IMG/VR virus record: IMGVR_UViG_3300025018_000091
Origin: a virus
Lineage: Duplodnaviria; Caudoviricetes
Reading direction: 5' to 3' (one strand)
DNA length: 64,000 nt
Shown here piece after piece: positions 61,033-64,000 of this stretch. The position numbers were made by a program, and so were the translations under genes. Positions within the stretch are counted from its first letter, which is position 1; the number at the start of each line of letters is the position of its first letter. The notes under the pieces were generated by a model. The model was not told the DNA's origin, did not search any database, and saw only the letters and a list, made by a program, of their open reading frames with translations.

Positions 61033-64000
61033 TCAATCATCTGAATCTTCGTCCAAATCAATGAGACCTTCATCATACAAATGATCTTCAATTTGTTCTA
61101 GTAAGTTATCGATTTTATTAATTTTTAATTTATTAGGTTTAGTATCTTTCAAGCTAACTTTCTTAGCCTTCAAATCTGCTGGCAATGCGGGGTTAAGTGA
61201 TACATCATATAAATTACTTAAAATAATTCCCATGTTATCATCATAGTCATTTGTATTTCCAGAGAAACGTAATGCAATACCTGTATCAAAAGTTGCTTTA
61301 CTATGAACTTGTTTTATTCTATCCTGAACTGTTTGCCACCTATCTGGAAATATAGTACAAGAACATTGCTCGCCATGCATATCCTCTATTACAGCTTTAA
61401 TCATTGATTGACCATAATATTTGCTTGTTTCTTTTTTAACCTTAAATTCAAAATAATCTTTTACTATAGCAATAACTGAAGACATTGTAGTTTTATCTGC
61501 AGATTTCTTAATATCTGTTATATTATTATGATCTTGAGCGAAGAATCTTCCATGAGCCTGATATGGTTTACATACAAATGATTCTCCAAGATAAAACTGT
61601 TCTAGTGCATATAATTCAGACATTCTCCATTCACCCTCTTTTGTCCAAGGATAAACAAATTCTTCTGTTTTAGGGTCATGCTTCTTACACCATACCTGTA
61701 ATTTTTTACGATAATCAGAACAATATAGATATATTAATTTTCTAGGAATCTTAAATTCATCTAATGCTCCGCTTGCCGCTAAAGCTTGAATATTATTAGC
61801 TCTAACTTTTTTAGAATCTACTCTAACCATAAAATCAAAAAAACTATTAAATGGTCTTTTAGCAATAATATCTTTAATCGCTTCTTCACCAAGAAACTTT
61901 AAAGCATCTAATCCTGTAACTAATTTATTGCCATCAGTAATAGCATATGTTAGCTGTGATCTATTGATATTTGGTGGTATAATCTTAATCTTATTATCTC
62001 TAATTTCTCTTTTAATTTTCTCAATATTGCCCTTAGAGTCTTGTGCGTTTGAATTTACTTCAAACATAAGATTTGCTAATAAAAATTCAATTGGATAATG
62101 TGCTTTTAGATAAGCAGTCTGATAACCAATCATTGAATATAATACTGCGTGACTAATATTAAAACCATACCCCTGGAACTTATCAACTACTTCATCCCAA
62201 ATTCTTTTTGCAATTTCTTCATTAATATTATTGTTTACAGATCCTTGTAAAAATTCATTTCTCCACTTACGAGCCTTCTCAGGATCTTTTCCTTTAGCTT
62301 TAGTAAGTTTACGTAAACGATCTGCTTCGTGTAAAGTCCAGCCAGCTACATCTTGAGCAAGATACATTAAGCATTCTTCATAAAGACCAAAACCATATGT
62401 ATGCCCAAATCCTCGTTCAAGTTTAGGATGTAATAATGTCATTGGCTTTTTGCCATCACGAGTAAGAATAAAATCATTACGCATATCTCTTGCAGAAGGT
62501 CTCGCCAATGCATTGATATTTGCAACATCATTTATATTCTGAGGTTTAATACGCCTACACAACTCAATAGTTCCACCACTGGTTCCCAATTGAAATACAC
62601 GTAAAGTATCACCTGCAGATATTAAATCATAAGTATCTTTGTCATATTTATCATAATTTAACTGCTCTGGTGGTACTTCTTTCCCAGCACCCTTTATTAA
62701 TTCATAAATCTTGCTTATAATATCTAATGTGGACAAACCAAGCATGTCCATCTTCACTAAACCATTATCTTCTGCTTTTTCTTTATCATATTCAATTGCT
62801 AAAGCTCCATCCTTATCTTTTCTTAATGGAATAAGACCTGTCAATGAACGCTGAGAAATAATAATACCTCCAGCATGTGTAGACCAAGCACGATACTTAC
62901 CACAAATTGCTTTATACTTAAGAAATTCTGGATATTTCTTGCAATATTCTGCAAATAATGGAACTTTAGCGAATGCATCATCAATATTATGAATATCTGA
63001 CGGAATGCAATCAGCTACATCATTGCCGATTTTAATTGCTGATTCACGAGACCCTCCTAGCTCACAGGCTCTAGAGATATCTCTAACAAATACTTTAGGT
63101 GTAATTGTATTAACATTAGATACATGTGCAACATGATCTTCACCATATTTTTGTTTAAGATAGGCTTGAACTTTAGCACGCCCTGAAGGCGCAAAATCTG
63201 TATCAATGTCCGGAAAACTAGACTTTTCTTTGTTATGGAATCTTGCAAAAATCAAATTATACTTAATAGGATCGGCTTGATGGATATTTAACAAATAAGC
63301 AATCAATGATCCGCCAACAGATCCGCGACCTGCCCCAACAGCAACGCCATTATTCCTAGACCAATTTATGTAGTCTGCAACAATAAGCATGTAACTAGAA
63401 AAACCATGATATTCTAATACATCTAGTTCTTCAATTATACGATCCTTATATAGTTGAATTTTATCATCAGAAATCTCTGATAATCTTATTGGAAAATTCT
63501 TATCACAGATATATCGAAGATATAGTTTATCTTCATCTAATGTTTGAATTTCTGGTGGTTGAAGTCTACTCCAAACCAAAAACTGCTCATAGTCAAGTTC
63601 ATCTTTAACTGGAAAGATAGGTAATTCTTTTCCAGATGGGTTAGAATGCTTTGGGTCTATCCATGCAGGATATTCGCACAAATTAGCAAAATACACGCTG
63701 TTAGTACAAAATGTTTCAGCGGCTTCTTCGCCATAATTTCTTGTAAAAAAAGCTTTCACTTCATCACCAGACTTTAAATAAAAATCTGGAACAGGATATC
63801 TCAAACGATATGTAGAATATATTGGTTGGTGTGCGCCAATTGCCAATAAAACATCGTGAGTTTCGTAATCTTCTTTTCTTACATAATGAGTATTACATGC
63901 AGCAACAACTCGTATACCATGCTTCTTGCCGTAATCTATTAGTTTATGATTTATGAATTGTTGATCTATCTCATCATTAAATATATTAGATCCGCGCTTC
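61033..64000 (-). CDS. dnaE: DNA polymerase III alpha subunit, 5'-truncated by the window edge
   Basis: The frame is open beyond 63846 to the edge (PHP segment VVAACNTHY...HDVLLAI). GRGSVGGS, SFPDIDTDF, STHAGG, KMDMLGL, YGFNISHA motifs. Confidence 0.96.
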   Translation of the reverse strand, partial: KRGSNIFNDEIDQQFINHKLIDYGKKHGIRVVAACNTHYVRKEDYETHDVLLAIGAHQPIYSTYRLRYPVPDFYLKSGDEVKAFFTRNYGEEAAETFCTNSVYFANLCEYPAWIDPKHSNPSGKELPIFPVKDELDYEQFLVWSRLQPPEIQTLDEDKLYLRYICDKNFPIRLSEISDDKIQLYKDRIIEELDVLEYHGFSSYMLIVADYINWSRNNGVAVGAGRGSVGGSLIAYLLNIHQADPIKYNLIFARFHNKEKSSFPDIDTDFAPSGRAKVQAYLKQKYGEDHVAHVSNVNTITPKVFVRDISRACELGGSRESAIKIGNDVADCIPSDIHNIDDAFAKVPLFAEYCKKYPEFLKYKAICGKYRAWSTHAGGIIISQRSLTGLIPLRKDKDGALAIEYDKEKAEDNGLVKMDMLGLSTLDIISKIYELIKGAGKEVPPEQLNYDKYDKDTYDLISAGDTLRVFQLGTSGGTIELCRRIKPQNINDVANINALARPSARDMRNDFILTRDGKKPMTLLHPKLERGFGHTYGFGLYEECLMYLAQDVAGWTLHEADRLRKLTKAKGKDPEKARKWRNEFLQGSVNNNINEEIAKRIWDEVVDKFQGYGFNISHAVLYSMIGYQTAYLKAHYPIEFLLANLMFEVNSNAQDSKGNIEKIKREIRDNKIKIIPPNINRSQLTYAITDGNKLVTGLDALKFLGEEAIKDIIAKRPFNSFFDFMVRVDSKKVRANNIQALAASGALDEFKIPRKLIYLYCSDYRKKLQVWCKKHDPKTEEFVYPWTKEGEWRMSELYALEQFYLGESFVCKPYQAHGRFFAQDHNNITDIKKSADKTTMSSVIAIVKDYFEFKVKKETSKYYGQSMIKAVIEDMHGEQCSCTIFPDRWQTVQDRIKQVHSKATFDTGIALRFSGNTNDYDDNMGIILSNLYDVSLNPALPADLKAKKVSLKDTKPNKLKINKIDNLLEQIEDHLYDEGLIDLDEDSDD

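Noticed and set aside
61033-64000. Intein or intron in dnaE, recA or terL
   Set aside because: Conserved motifs are contiguous at normal spacing; no intein C-terminal HN-C/S/T block or LAGLIDADG motif was seen in the visible parts.

Overview
AT-rich 64-kb segment of a large (probably jumbo) tailed dsDNA phage. Almost every gene is on the minus strand. In transcription order, right to left, there are three modules. (1) A replication/recombination module (about 51.3-64 kb): DnaE-type polymerase (cut by the window edge), RecA/UvsX, gp32-like SSB, RuvC-like resolvase, DnaJ, DnaG-type primase and a sigma region-4 HTH protein. (2) A long head-morphogenesis module (about 13.4-51.2 kb): large terminase, portal, a 1190-aa prohead protease-scaffold fusion, two decoration-like paralogs, major capsid protein and many uncharacterised proteins. 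Embedded in it are a GH73-like muralytic enzyme, a protein-tyrosine/dual-specificity phosphatase and a divergent class II nucleotidyltransferase. (3) Collagen-like fibre genes followed by a glycosyltransferase/methyltransferase cluster (1-13.3 kb). The only plus-strand genes are a canonical CCA-adding enzyme and a double-HNH endonuclease. There are two GIY-YIG endonucleases and one remnant. I saw no tRNA, rRNA or CRISPR array. The most interesting signals are: a nucleotidyltransferase with altered base-templating residues that carries a peptide otherwise found only in the protease-scaffold; a recurrent hydrophobic-x-K-x-A motif and a helical-hairpin motif shared across the head proteins; and a Bacillus/Clostridium-exosporium-like collagen glycosylation locus. 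All family assignments come from motif recognition by eye; no database search was run.
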